64,000 bases of DNA from positions 2,272,001 through 2,336,000 of the forward strand of contig OZ220744.1 in the NCBI GenBank assembly GCA_965116925.1, read 5' to 3'. The stretch's first letter is position 1; each line of letters starts with the position of its first letter. The stretch comes from Candidatus Poribacteria bacterium (GTDB lineage: Bacteria > Poribacteria > WGA-4E > PCPOR2b). The position numbers and the translations under genes are program-made. The notes under the pieces were generated by a model. That model worked only from the letters and a program-made list of their open reading frames with translations. It was not told the origin of the DNA and made no database searches. Below, piece after piece: positions 19,140 to 29,498 of the stretch.

Positions 19140-20183
19140 TCACTCGTTACCATAAAGATAACAGGCAACAAAGTGATTGGGTTCTGTCTCGATGATTGGG
19201 ACCGGTTTCGGTTGATCACAGATGCCGGGCATAAACTCGGAGCAGCGCGAGGCGAAAACACAGCCCGGCGGTAGGTCCCTAGGGCTAGGAACAACACCCG
19301 GAATCGGCACCAGTTTTTCGAGGGGACCGTCCACGCTGGGGATAGATCGCCACAGCCCTTGGGTGTAAGGGTGCAGTGGATTATCGAAAATGGCATCGGT
19401 GGTGCCAAACTCAACCCGCTTGCCAAGATACATGACCGCAATATCATCCGCCATCTCTGAAACAACCGCTAGATTGTGTGAGATGAGCATGATTGCCATC
19501 CCTGTTTGTGCTTGAAGGTCGGTCAGGAGTTCCAAGATCTGTGCCTCAATTGTGACATCGAGCGAGGTTGTCGGTTCATCGGCAATCAGGAGCATGGGCG
19601 AGCAGCAGAGTGCCATGGCAATCATCGCGCGTTGGCGCATACCGCCGCTAAACTCGTGCGGGTAGGCGTCAATGCGTTGTTCTGGATTGGGAATGCCCAC
19701 TTGACGTAACAGGTCAATCGCTTGATCGCTTGCCTCACTCTTGTCGGCTGCCTTGTTATGGATCAGAATCGTCTCCGTAATCTGGTCGCCAATCGTATGC
19801 AGGGGACCAAATGAGGTCATCGGTTCTTGGAAGATCATGCCGATGTCGTCTCCCCGGATATTTCGCATCGCTTCTTCTGTGGGTTTGAGTTTGGTGATAT
19901 CAACGACCTCGCCATCTCGATGCAGCAGGATTTCGCCGTCAACAATCTTGCCGGGTGGCGATGGAATGAGTCGTAGAATTGAATGGGCAGTGACCGACTT
20001 GCCACAGCCGCTCTCGCCGATGACGCCCAAGGTTTTGCCACGCGCAATCGTCAAATCTACCCCATCGACGGCGCGGATTGTCCCTGTGTCGAGGGTGAAG
20101 TGGGTTTTCAGGCTTTTGATTTCCAGAATGAGGTCTTCGGTGTTGTCTTTAGGCATAGGTGTTATAGTAGATTTTAGAACCAC
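19140..20183 (-). CDS. Peptide/nickel-family ABC transporter ATP-binding subunit (OppD-like)
   Basis: [30 protein letters not shown]. Confidence 0.93.
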   Translation of the reverse strand: MVLKSTITPMPKDNTEDLILEIKSLKTHFTLDTGTIRAVDGVDLTIARGKTLGVIGESGCGKSVTAHSILRLIPSPPGKIVDGEILLHRDGEVVDITKLKPTEEAMRNIRGDDIGMIFQEPMTSFGPLHTIGDQITETILIHNKAADKSEASDQAIDLLRQVGIPNPEQRIDAYPHEFSGGMRQRAMIAMALCCSPMLLIADEPTTSLDVTIEAQILELLTDLQAQTGMAIMLISHNLAVVSEMADDIAVMYLGKRVEFGTTDAIFDNPLHPYTQGLWRSIPSVDGPLEKLVPIPGVVPSPRDLPPGCVFASRCSEFMPGICDQPKPVPIIETEPNHFVACYLYGNE

Positions 20184-20344
20184 TCAGATCCTCCCTAATG
20201 CAGAGCTAACCCCCTAAATCCCCCTTGTCAGGGGGACTTTGGCAACTTTGCAAAGGTCGGAGTTATTGGTAAATGTCCACTGATTTTCATTGGTTCATTA
20301 GTGCATTTTTCACGTTTCACGCATCACGTTTCACGCTTTTTGCG

Positions 20345-21586
20345 TTATCTTGACGAAGCGTAAGGGTCGGCGGCATCACGCAGACCGTCGCCGACGAAGT
20401 TGAACATGAGAATGGCTCCGACAACAAAGAGTGCCGGGATAAGCATCCAAGGAAAGTTAGCAAGGACATTCACATCTTGTGCCTCTTGCAGTAGGGTGCC
20501 CCAGCTGACCGCAGGGGGTCTGATGCCAAGCCCTAGAAAACTGAGGGCGGTTTCGCCCAAGATCATGCCGGGGATTGCCAACGTCATGTGAACAATCAGA
20601 TAGCTGCTGAAAGCGGGTAGCAGATGTTTGAAGATGATGCGTTTATCGCTTGCGCCGGCGGCTTTGGCTGCCAGTGCGAACTCTTCTTCCCGCAGACTAA
20701 TAATTCTGCCTCGGACCACACGCGCAAGCCCTGTCCAGCCCCGGATTGACAGAATCAGGGTGATTGCAAGGTAGATGTTGATTGTCCCCCAATCGCGGGG
20801 GAGTGCCGCGGACAGGGCAATCCAGATCGGGATGTCGGGGACGCTGATCAACACTTCGATGACCCGTTGGATGGATTCATCGACCACGCCACCGTAATAG
20901 CCGGAGATACCCCCTAAGATGCTCCCCAAGATAAAAGCGACCACAACGCCTCCAAAACCGATAAACAGGGAGATGCGTCCGGCAAAGAGGATTCTGGAGA
21001 AAACATCTCGACCTAGACGGTCTGATCCAAACAGTAACAGCGGCACGTGCCGGTTTTCAAGACCAAAAAATTTGTGTTGTATGGGAATGAATCCCAACAG
21101 TTTATACGGTTCTGTCTTTACAAAGAAGCGAATGGTATGTGGCTTTGATGGGTCTTCCGAATACTCGTACTTGAAGGTGTCGGTGTTTAATTCTCTCTTG
21201 ATTTCATAGATATGGGGACGGTTTAACCTGCCGTCTGTATTGATAAAGTGGATGCGAGTTGGTGGAACGTCATTGAAATCCTTAAATCGTTCAAGGGGAC
21301 CAAACGGGGCAAAGAAGTCCGCAAAGATTGAGACAAAGTAGAGTATCGCTAGAAGGACAAGCGAGATACGGGCAAGTTTATGCCTTTTGAAAGCGTGCCA
21401 CACCAATTTGCGTTGCGAGGCGTAGTACAGGCTTTCTTGCAGCCGTTTCGCACGGGCTTCTCTCCGTCCGACGTAGCCGGAGGTGATCCTTGAAAAGAAT
21501 GAGTGTATTGGTGTTTGGTTCATTGGTATATTAGTACATTGAATTGGTGAACACTCGTCTGAATTAGGTTTGAGGCGATGGCTCAT
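20345..21586 (-). CDS. ABC transporter permease (OppC-like); true start may be 21523
   Basis: GSDRLGRDVFSR, EAA-like loop AAKAAGAS, ETALSFLGLG, GDGLRDAADP. Confidence 0.92.
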   Translation of the reverse strand: MSHRLKPNSDECSPIQCTNIPMNQTPIHSFFSRITSGYVGRREARAKRLQESLYYASQRKLVWHAFKRHKLARISLVLLAILYFVSIFADFFAPFGPLERFKDFNDVPPTRIHFINTDGRLNRPHIYEIKRELNTDTFKYEYSEDPSKPHTIRFFVKTEPYKLLGFIPIQHKFFGLENRHVPLLLFGSDRLGRDVFSRILFAGRISLFIGFGGVVVAFILGSILGGISGYYGGVVDESIQRVIEVLISVPDIPIWIALSAALPRDWGTINIYLAITLILSIRGWTGLARVVRGRIISLREEEFALAAKAAGASDKRIIFKHLLPAFSSYLIVHMTLAIPGMILGETALSFLGLGIRPPAVSWGTLLQEAQDVNVLANFPWMLIPALFVVGAILMFNFVGDGLRDAADPYASSR

Positions 21587-21589
21587 AAT

Positions 21590-21864
21590 TATAGTAGATT
21601 TTAGAATTAATGGGACACTCCAAATCGGCGCAGTTAGAAACAGCGCCTACCAAACATGGGGGCGAAAGTGTCTATTTATTTTTTGAATTCAGTTAGGACT
21701 TACGCACTTCAGTAGGGAACGCAGATCTGCGTTCCCTACGAATCCCTTATGGAATCTCTGTTGTAGTTGCCCGATTCATCGGGCGTTGGGACGGGTGTGC
21801 AGAGGCGATAAATCGCCGAACTACAAAACGTTGAACATTCAACTGCGTAACTCCTATCAGTATA
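21590..21864. mobile_element. Family A MITE with an AGGACTTACGCA MITE (21694-21856) nested in its right end
   Basis: ...GAAT TCAGT|TAGGACTTACGCA...TGCGTAACTCCTA|TCAGT ATA: a 5-bp TCAGT duplication splits the family A terminus. Confidence 0.8.
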
Positions 21865-21924
21865 ATAAATGGTGCAACAGAAACCGAGTTTTGAAGGAAA
21901 AACTCGATTTCTCTTATGGGTTGT

Positions 21925-22923
21925 TTAAGTGCGAATTCTTTCAAAGCGGATGCGTGGATCCACCCATGCGAGCAGAATATCTGAAAGCAGGGTGCCCACG
22001 ACTGTCAGGCTGCTTAGGATCATCACGATGCTGCCGACCAGAAACATATCTTCGCCCAAAGCGGCTGCGAGGAGTACGGGCCCCAGCGTTTCCAAGCCCA
22101 GCGTTTGAGAGACGATAATCTCACCGCTGACAATAAAGGGTAATGTCCAGCCGATAGTACTGATGAGCGGATTAATCGCAACCCGTACCGGATATTTCAT
22201 AATGAGTCGCCGTTCCGGCAATCCTTTTGCCCGTGCGGTGGTGACGTACTGTTTGTTTTTTTCGTCTAGCAGAGTAGCGCGAAGAATGCGGATCAGCGAT
22301 GCAGTGCCGGCACTGGCGATGACCACGATGGGCAGCCAAATATTTCCCAATAGGTCAACGAACTTGTCGATTGACCACGGCGCGCCCTTGTATTCTATGG
22401 AAAACAGACCCGTGATTGCCCTGCCCGTACCGGCGAATACCCAATATCCGAGTGCCAAGGCTAGCAGGAAGTTGGGTAACGCAAGCCCGACAAAGCCGAT
22501 GACGGTGGCGACGTAATCGCCCACCGAATACTGCTTCAGCGCGGAGTAGATGCCGATGGGGACAGCTATCAGCCACGTAACCACCAGAGAGGCTAAGGCG
22601 ATAGTCGCAGACATAGGCAGCCTCTCCATGATAACGTCCTTCACCGGGCGTTGGTAGATGAAGGATCGCCCCATTTCACCTTTCAGTAGAAAATTGCTCA
22701 TCCACAGGACGTACTGCAGCACGGCGGGTTGATCAAGACCGTACTGCTTATAAATTGCCTCGATTTGTCCCTGATCCATTATGAATCCTGTGCGTTCGAG
22801 ATTTTGGACGTAGGTTTCCACATAGCTACCGGGTGGCAGCAAGATTGTGGCGAAAGAGATAACGGAGATTAGGAAAAGCAGGGGGATAATGAGTATCAAC
22901 CGGCGTATGATAAACGCTCGCAT
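21925..22923 (-). CDS. ABC transporter permease (OppB-like)
   Basis: YGLDQP, YVTTARAKGL, DPRIR. Confidence 0.93.
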   Translation of the reverse strand: MRAFIIRRLILIIPLLFLISVISFATILLPPGSYVETYVQNLERTGFIMDQGQIEAIYKQYGLDQPAVLQYVLWMSNFLLKGEMGRSFIYQRPVKDVIMERLPMSATIALASLVVTWLIAVPIGIYSALKQYSVGDYVATVIGFVGLALPNFLLALALGYWVFAGTGRAITGLFSIEYKGAPWSIDKFVDLLGNIWLPIVVIASAGTASLIRILRATLLDEKNKQYVTTARAKGLPERRLIMKYPVRVAINPLISTIGWTLPFIVSGEIIVSQTLGLETLGPVLLAAALGEDMFLVGSIVMILSSLTVVGTLLSDILLAWVDPRIRFERIRT

Positions 22924-22949
22924 AGGTCTTTTTCCCCTTGTCAGTCTTG

Positions 22950-25025
22950 TTATTGCGGTGTCTTGAAGAAAAGTTGTTCCATGCCGTAATCCAAGGCGCG
23001 GTCAAAAGGATAGCCGTCCTTAATCACGTTGCCCAGATCCGCGTTGTATACGGTGGGAACAGTCATTCTTCCTACGGGCCAAATGGTGACGTAGTGCTGT
23101 GAGAACCAGTCCACGAGATCCGCGTAAAGTGCTTCTCCTGCTGCTGATTGGGGTGGAACTACCTTCCGAGCCACGTGTAGATCGAAAAACTCTTGCAAAT
23201 AAGGCGGGGGTTTCCGTCCGGATTCGCCATTCGTGTTGAAGTACATCTCTGACATCGGTGCCCAGTGACCCTTAAATCCGGGCCAATAGTCCTCGGAGAT
23301 GCCGGGTGCCCATATCGGTTCATCGCTCCAGTGGATGGTTGCCATCAGTTCGTTGCCGTTCATGCGCTGACCGAACAGTGAATTGCCGATTACGTCAAGA
23401 GTTGTGCGAATCCCCACATTTTCAAAATAGTTTTTTAAGAGTTCGCCTAAGCCTAGAAAATCGGGTGAGACTTCGGCGGTGGTAATTGTCAACTCAAAAC
23501 GATCGCCGTTGGGATCAGTTCGGAAGCCGTCAGCGTCGCGTCCGGTCATGCCAACCGCGTCGAGCAGCCGATTAGATGCTTCAGGATCGAAGGTTTCTTT
23601 GGTGAAGCCGTCAAGGGTGTAATGACCAAAATAGAGGGTGTTATTCACGTCCTCCTTGTCGATTGCACTGGCTATCGCGCTGCCGAAACGTGGGTCGGAG
23701 ACAAGTTGCTGCCAGACGCTGCCCTCATTTTCGTAATCATAGTCGTGGTTGAGGAACAGAATCGGTGGGTTGTTGATTGAGCCGTGGAGGACTGTCTTAA
23801 TGTTGGAGCGCGCTGCATTTTCCCGATAGAGGGGCATCTCCCGGATTTGGGCGTAAGAGGTAACCACATCATACTCCCCAGCAGCTGTTTTCAGAATGAT
23901 AGACTGAAGTTGGTTTGAGACTTCTGCTTCGACCCGGTCGATGTAGGGGAGTTGGTTGCCGGCGATATCGACCTTCCAGTAGTAGGGGTTACGAACTACA
24001 CGGACGACAGAACTAGTGACCTCTTCGGTGATCCATGGAGTCAGTGACGGGACACCGACGCCGTGCTCGCGGTATAATTCCCAGTGGCGCATGTCCTTGA
24101 GGATGACGAGGTCTTCCCAACTCCTCATCTCTAACTCATCAAGAATCGGTTGAATTTTCTCTATGTCTGTATAATCGGCGTGGAACTGTTTGATGAAGTG
24201 GGCGGGTCGAAAGAGGAGAGTATAATCTGGAATCCAAGAAGACAGTTCCGCTAGAAATTGACCGTAGGGGGCATCAAAGGTGATTCTGAAGGTCAACTCA
24301 TTGATGATAGTGAGTTTGCCGGGTGTCCCGTCTGCCCGCCCTAAGGTTCTGGCTTTGATGGGGAAGCTGGGATAAATTCGCTCATCGCCGTAGAGCTCGA
24401 AGGTCATCCGCACATCTTCAGTGGTAACAGGAACCCCATCTGACCATTTGATACCTTCGCGGATGGTGAGTGTGTATTGCGTAAAATCAGGACTGATTTC
24501 GTAACTGCTCACGATAGCGGGAAGTGGGTCCTTGGTACTCTGGTCGGGTGCCCGGAGAATCGTCATCCCCATCGCCAACGCCAATTCGTGCATCGAGCCG
24601 TTAAGGTTGGTTGTACGAATAGTGCCGCCGTAGCGACCGACCTCCCAATCGAGCCACTTTTCGGAGTTTAACACCCCCGGTCCCACCACAAACGGTTCTT
24701 GAGGAAGGCGTTCGGAGATAGGGGGTAATTCGCCGGCAGCAACTAAGTCGGCGAAGAAGGGTACTTCGTTGTATGTGGCTGGCGGAGGATACTTTTGACT
24801 ATTGACCGAGATGGGATCTGATGCCAATAAAAGGTTTGAAGACAGGCGAGGTAGAGGGGTTTGTGATGGAGTTGCAATAGATTCAGTTGAACCTATATCT
24901 CCTGTTGTTTCTGCGTCACTATCAGAAGATGTCTTATCCACGTCCCCGCGACAAGCGACTAAAACAAACGTGAGACTGATAGAGAAACATATAGTCTTTA
25001 GGAGTTTTGCTTTCTTGTGCTTCAT
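22950..25025 (-). CDS. ABC transporter substrate-binding lipoprotein (family 5)
   Basis: Lipobox LVAC; GELPPISERLP, KWSDGVPVT, RNPYYWKVD.AGNQLPYID. Confidence 0.92.
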   Translation of the reverse strand: MKHKKAKLLKTICFSISLTFVLVACRGDVDKTSSDSDAETTGDIGSTESIATPSQTPLPRLSSNLLLASDPISVNSQKYPPPATYNEVPFFADLVAAGELPPISERLPQEPFVVGPGVLNSEKWLDWEVGRYGGTIRTTNLNGSMHELALAMGMTILRAPDQSTKDPLPAIVSSYEISPDFTQYTLTIREGIKWSDGVPVTTEDVRMTFELYGDERIYPSFPIKARTLGRADGTPGKLTIINELTFRITFDAPYGQFLAELSSWIPDYTLLFRPAHFIKQFHADYTDIEKIQPILDELEMRSWEDLVILKDMRHWELYREHGVGVPSLTPWITEEVTSSVVRVVRNPYYWKVDIAGNQLPYIDRVEAEVSNQLQSIILKTAAGEYDVVTSYAQIREMPLYRENAARSNIKTVLHGSINNPPILFLNHDYDYENEGSVWQQLVSDPRFGSAIASAIDKEDVNNTLYFGHYTLDGFTKETFDPEASNRLLDAVGMTGRDADGFRTDPNGDRFELTITTAEVSPDFLGLGELLKNYFENVGIRTTLDVIGNSLFGQRMNGNELMATIHWSDEPIWAPGISEDYWPGFKGHWAPMSEMYFNTNGESGRKPPPYLQEFFDLHVARKVVPPQSAAGEALYADLVDWFSQHYVTIWPVGRMTVPTVYNADLGNVIKDGYPFDRALDYGMEQLFFKTPQ

Positions 25026-25058
25026 ATCCTTATGAGCTTCTGAATTTCTCTCATATCC

Positions 25059-26102
25059 TTAGCCACTGAGGACTTCCCGTTCACGGTCTGAACCTGATAG
25101 TGGGAGCTCTGTCCACGCTGCATTGCGAGCGTGTGAGGCGTGAAAGCCGACGATGGCTTCCAGCGTATCGACAGCTTCGGAGGCGGGGTAGGGAAATTCG
25201 GTCCCACCATCAAGCCACTCTACGATCTCTGAGACCGCCCGGTCCATTCCCGACACCTCATCGCTAGCACCACTCCACTGTTCCTGATTTCCGTTCCAGT
25301 ATTCGAGAGTTACATTGCTGCCGTCGGAGATAGCACGTCCTTCAGTGCCGTTGAGGGTTATTTGTCCCGGAACGGTGGCGTAGTCCCCTGCGTCCACTGT
25401 AACCATGATTCCGCCCTCCAATTTTATGACACCCCACCCGCCGGGATCACGGAATTCGGGTCCGCGACAGTCGGGTTTTCCGGCGAGGTCAAGTGTGGCG
25501 GAGACCGCTTCGATCCTTCGACCGGTGAGCATAAGGAGCGCATCAATCATGTGGGTGCCGACGTTTCCCAGCCTACCGGATCCCCACTGCAATGATGCGG
25601 AGGTCAATTCTCCCAGACCGTCTGCGGCGATAAGGTCTCGCAGCCGTCGGTGGTTGAGGTTGAACCGTCTTTGGTGGTTGAGGACCAGAAGCGCACCCGC
25701 TTCTTCACATGCTTCAAGCATCTGTTCTGCGTCCGGGAGTCGTGTCGCTATCGGCTTTTCACAGTAGATAGCGCGGATCCCCTGTTTGGCGCACGCAACG
25801 GTGATTTCTGCATGTACCGGTGCATAGGTTGCTACGCTCACAATGTCGAGTGCCTCTTTCGCCAGCATTTCCTCCCAGTTAGCGTAGGTCGTTGTGCTTG
25901 CGCGTTGTGCAAAGCGTTCTCGGCGTCCGGGATCGCGGCTGCTGCCGACAATCCGATTGACGTGGGGATGGTTGGATAGGGCGTCAAAGTGGGTGCCGTC
26001 GAGGCCGCTGACCTGTTGACCGAGGGCATCTCCGGAGACTTGGTCTGCCCCGCCGATAAAACCGAGTCCGATAATGCCCGCCCGGTAGGTTGCGTTGGTC
26101 AT
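25059..26102 (-). CDS. Gfo/Idh/MocA family oxidoreductase
   Basis: GIIGLG, CEKP; likely ATG 26102 with RBS AGGAG (the longer ORF runs into a MITE). Confidence 0.9.
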   Translation of the reverse strand: MTNATYRAGIIGLGFIGGADQVSGDALGQQVSGLDGTHFDALSNHPHVNRIVGSSRDPGRRERFAQRASTTTYANWEEMLAKEALDIVSVATYAPVHAEITVACAKQGIRAIYCEKPIATRLPDAEQMLEACEEAGALLVLNHQRRFNLNHRRLRDLIAADGLGELTSASLQWGSGRLGNVGTHMIDALLMLTGRRIEAVSATLDLAGKPDCRGPEFRDPGGWGVIKLEGGIMVTVDAGDYATVPGQITLNGTEGRAISDGSNVTLEYWNGNQEQWSGASDEVSGMDRAVSEIVEWLDGGTEFPYPASEAVDTLEAIVGFHASHARNAAWTELPLSGSDREREVLSG

Positions 26103-26120
26103 GGATCTATTCTCCTGAAT

Positions 26121-26313
26121 TATGGTGGACCTTAGAATTAATGAGACACTCCAAACCGGCGCAGTTAGGAAACCTCGCCTACCGGGGAGGGAAAAATTCG
26201 GGCGATGACCCCGGTAGGTGCGGTTTGTAACCGCACCGCATCGGCGCAGTTGCAAACAGTGCCTACCAAACCCGGGGAGTGAAAGTGTCTATTTATTTTT
26301 ATAATTCACTATA
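26121..26313. mobile_element. Expanded family A MITE with extra REP hairpins
   Basis: Same ends as the 15714 copy; 193 bp; three internal hairpins including GTAGGTGCGGTTTGTAACCGCACC. Confidence 0.8.
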
Positions 26314-26402
26314 GTTCACTGGTTGTGAGTGTTGGGTTTCACGGTTCCCGTTCAACCCAACCTACGATATGGTTACGGCATACGGAGTATGCCTACTACT
26401 TT

Positions 26403-27242
26403 TTATGGGCGTTCACCGTGTCGTAGCCGTTTGTCAATTAGATCTAGGATCGGTGGTACATCCCAGATGCCATCTACCACATAGTGTGCGCCGGTCTGTT
26501 GCATTCGCGTATACGCTTGTGCGAGCTTGGCTTTCTGCACATCTTGGGGTAGGGCTGCGATTTCCCCTTCGTTAAGTCCGATCTCATTGCCGGTTTTGGC
26601 GAGACCGATGGTCCACATGCCGGCGTTGAGTCCTTCTTCGATGTCTGGAAGGGTATCGCCCACTTTGACGATTGCTTCCATCGGATAGATCCCTAGATTC
26701 ATCGCGTTTTGGAGGCACATCCACGGTTCTGGACGACCGGCAGGCACATCGCTCGCGCAGACCGTAGCGTCCGGTGTATAGCCGCGATCCGTTGCTTCTT
26801 TGAGGAGGAGTTCCATCATCTCGCGGAGGTAGCCGGTGGTGGATCCGATTTTTAGTCCTCGGTTGCGAAAGGCGGCGACAGCTTCTAAGGTGCCGGGGAT
26901 CAGATCTGCGTAGTCTGCAAGGCAAGCGAGTTGGAGCGGGATGAACTCTTGGAACATGGCTTCGACATCGTCTTCGTCCGGCTGACACCCATGGGCGTCT
27001 TGCCATCGCTGTGCCACGGCTTCAATCTGTGAGATCTTCCGAATGTGCACTTTTTTGTGCGCCCCCATCGGCACACGTGCCTCTTCGATGGTGATTGGAA
27101 CGTCCTTGCGTTTGTAGACCTCTACGAACACAACGGCGGGAGCGTAGCAGCCATAGTCCATGGTGGTGCCCGCCCAATCTAGAATGATTGCTTTTAACGG
27201 GCCTCGATAGGTTCGCTGATAGGTATATTCAAGTGTTGTCAA
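26403..27242 (-). CDS. phnX: Phosphonoacetaldehyde hydrolase (phosphonatase)
   Basis: HAD motif DWAGTTMDYG, PMG.HKK.HIR Schiff-base region, GRPEPWM, KVGDT, EGLNAGMW. Confidence 0.93.
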   Translation of the reverse strand: MTTLEYTYQRTYRGPLKAIILDWAGTTMDYGCYAPAVVFVEVYKRKDVPITIEEARVPMGAHKKVHIRKISQIEAVAQRWQDAHGCQPDEDDVEAMFQEFIPLQLACLADYADLIPGTLEAVAAFRNRGLKIGSTTGYLREMMELLLKEATDRGYTPDATVCASDVPAGRPEPWMCLQNAMNLGIYPMEAIVKVGDTLPDIEEGLNAGMWTIGLAKTGNEIGLNEGEIAALPQDVQKAKLAQAYTRMQQTGAHYVVDGIWDVPPILDLIDKRLRHGERP

Positions 27243-27344
27243 TGTGTAGTCTCTCCATAAGGTTGAAATAGTAGGATTATGTGAAACGTGAAACGTGGTA
27301 AGTGAAACGTGAAAAATGAACTAATGAACCGATGAACCAATAAA

Positions 27345-28424
27345 CTAAATCGGCTGCTGCCGTAGATCGATCTCTTTCTTCTGTTCGGCAGATTGGTACA
27401 TCGCCTCGGTGATGCGGGCGACGGTCAGACCGATTGCGCCGGTATCAATCATATCAACACGCCCTAACAAGCTCCAGACAACATGCTGCTGTGGATTGTC
27501 GTAACCCGCTCCCGTGTATCCGAGGGAGCGCATCCGCCTTTCGTAGCCGTCGATATCAAAGGTTACATCTGCATCCATGTCGTAAAGGTCGGTGTAAAAG
27601 GTAAACGGGTTTAGCTTGAGTCCGCCCTTTGAACCCATGATGCGATCGCCCTCACCGCCATCCATGTTGGCTGCCCACGCCTCTTCGACAAACATGGTAA
27701 TCCCACCTGCGAGACGAACAAAACCGGTGCCGAGTTCCTCGACATCGTAGCCGCTGTCTTCTCTGCGTTCCTTGTCCATATCAAGTTCCTGGAAGGTAGA
27801 GGCGGTTACAGTTTCGATTTCGGGATTATCAAGTATATAAACCATGCGTGCCATGTTATAAATTGCTGTGTCCAACAGTGTACCGCCCCCGGCTGTCTCT
27901 TTTTGGACGAAATGAGGGGTGGCATAGCCATCAACATAGGGGCGCCCACGACGGCGGTAGTGGCTTGTCTTGACATAGTAAACGTTGCCAAGCGCATCTA
28001 CTTTGATGAGGTATTTGGCTATCTGTGTTTCTTTGGTAAAGACCGTTGCCATTTGTACTGACAGCTTTTTCCCTGTTCTCTGTGCAGTTTCATACATCGC
28101 GATCGCTTCTGGACCTGTTTTTGCCATCGGCTTTTCGCAGTAGACGTGCTTTCCGGCTTCGAGTGCCGCGATTGTGACTGGGGCGTGCAGGAAGTTGGGC
28201 AGACAGACATCCACGCTATCAATTTCGTCAATTTTCAGCAGGTCGCGATAATCGGAAAAGACGTGCGGAATGCCGTGCTCTTGCGCGACCCGTTGTGCTT
28301 CGGATTCATCGATGTCTGCGACGGCAACCATTTCGACATCGTTAGGCATAGACTGATAGCCTCGGACATGGCTTTTGCCGATAATTCCGGTGCCAATAAT
28401 GCCGACCTTGAGTTTATCTGACAT
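27345..28424 (-). CDS. Gfo/Idh/MocA family oxidoreductase
   Basis: GIIGTGIIG, PNFLHA, AGKHVYCEKP, GGGTLLD. Confidence 0.92.
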   Translation of the reverse strand: MSDKLKVGIIGTGIIGKSHVRGYQSMPNDVEMVAVADIDESEAQRVAQEHGIPHVFSDYRDLLKIDEIDSVDVCLPNFLHAPVTIAALEAGKHVYCEKPMAKTGPEAIAMYETAQRTGKKLSVQMATVFTKETQIAKYLIKVDALGNVYYVKTSHYRRRGRPYVDGYATPHFVQKETAGGGTLLDTAIYNMARMVYILDNPEIETVTASTFQELDMDKERREDSGYDVEELGTGFVRLAGGITMFVEEAWAANMDGGEGDRIMGSKGGLKLNPFTFYTDLYDMDADVTFDIDGYERRMRSLGYTGAGYDNPQQHVVWSLLGRVDMIDTGAIGLTVARITEAMYQSAEQKKEIDLRQQPI

Positions 28425-28487
28425 GGTTTTCTCCTGAGAGTGGATAAGATGTGAGGAGTGAAACGTAAAGGGGTTCCCTGCTTCGGT

Positions 28488-29480
28488 CTACTCCTCTAAA
28501 ATTGCGTTTCGTGTGCGTTCAAAGATTTCGATAGCGTATTCCAGATGTGCTTGCGACATGATGTTGAACGAAATCCCATATTTCTTGGGCGTTACGTCGG
28601 GGAGGTTCGATCGGCACTCGGCGATGTGTCTCGGTGTAAAATCTCCGTGGGCATCGATTCGGAAGTGGTTCGCTCGTTTTGAGGGATATGACCCCATCCA
28701 CCACCTGCCTCCGATTGTCATGCGGATCTGGGCAATCCGTGGACGAAGAATCGCCCCGCAGGACTCCACGTAATCGAAGAATTGCCGAGCCAGTTGATGA
28801 AGTTCTTGGTTCTCGGTCAGTGTAGCGAGGAAACGTTCGCGGGTTAGAAATTGCCGGGGTGTGTATTGATAGTTGGCGCGGGATTCCTCAATGACAGAGT
28901 TGCCGAGTATTGTCTTTGTTGCAATCAGGATTTCATCGGGTGCTTGGTAGGAGAAGTAGGAGATGTAGGTCAGGTCAATGCCGACGCGTCGTAGGTATTC
29001 GGCGATGTCAAGGACACGCACATCCACCCCTTCGGAGACGAGAACCATCCGCTGCCTGCGATTGAAGGCAGACGTCCTCATAGCACCGAGTTCATAGCCG
29101 AAGAACCCACTGTGCAACGCCAACAGGGAGGTAAACTCGCGTCCTTGTCCTTGAAACCAGCGTCCGGCAAAACGTTCGAGATCTGCGAAGGAGAATTTAG
29201 CGACAGCTGCGGCGTATTCCAGGATCTGTGCAATCGCTGCGCGGGAGGCTCTGCCCCGCTTGAGTTCGATGACGATGGAATTTCCCTGACGATCGAGTGC
29301 GAGGAGATCCACTTTTTGAGATTTTCCGATGGGGACTTGTCGGCTGATGATGCAGATGCGCTCATTTCCTAGAAGCAGGTTGGGATCTTGCTCAAGCAGA
29401 TCTTCTAGATCGCGCTCTTCTTCAAAGCGCATCGGATCCAGTTGTCGAAAGCCCTTTCCTTCCCATCGGTAGATTTCCAT
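28488..29480 (-). CDS. NucS/DUF91-like PD-(D/E)XK endonuclease-domain protein
   Basis: ERDLEDLL...RQV...VDLLALD...VIELKRG...AIAQILEYA. Confidence 0.75.
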   Translation of the reverse strand: MEIYRWEGKGFRQLDPMRFEEERDLEDLLEQDPNLLLGNERICIISRQVPIGKSQKVDLLALDRQGNSIVIELKRGRASRAAIAQILEYAAAVAKFSFADLERFAGRWFQGQGREFTSLLALHSGFFGYELGAMRTSAFNRRQRMVLVSEGVDVRVLDIAEYLRRVGIDLTYISYFSYQAPDEILIATKTILGNSVIEESRANYQYTPRQFLTRERFLATLTENQELHQLARQFFDYVESCGAILRPRIAQIRMTIGGRWWMGSYPSKRANHFRIDAHGDFTPRHIAECRSNLPDVTPKKYGISFNIMSQAHLEYAIEIFERTRNAILEE

Positions 29481-29498
29481 TGAACTCTCCTTTCATGT

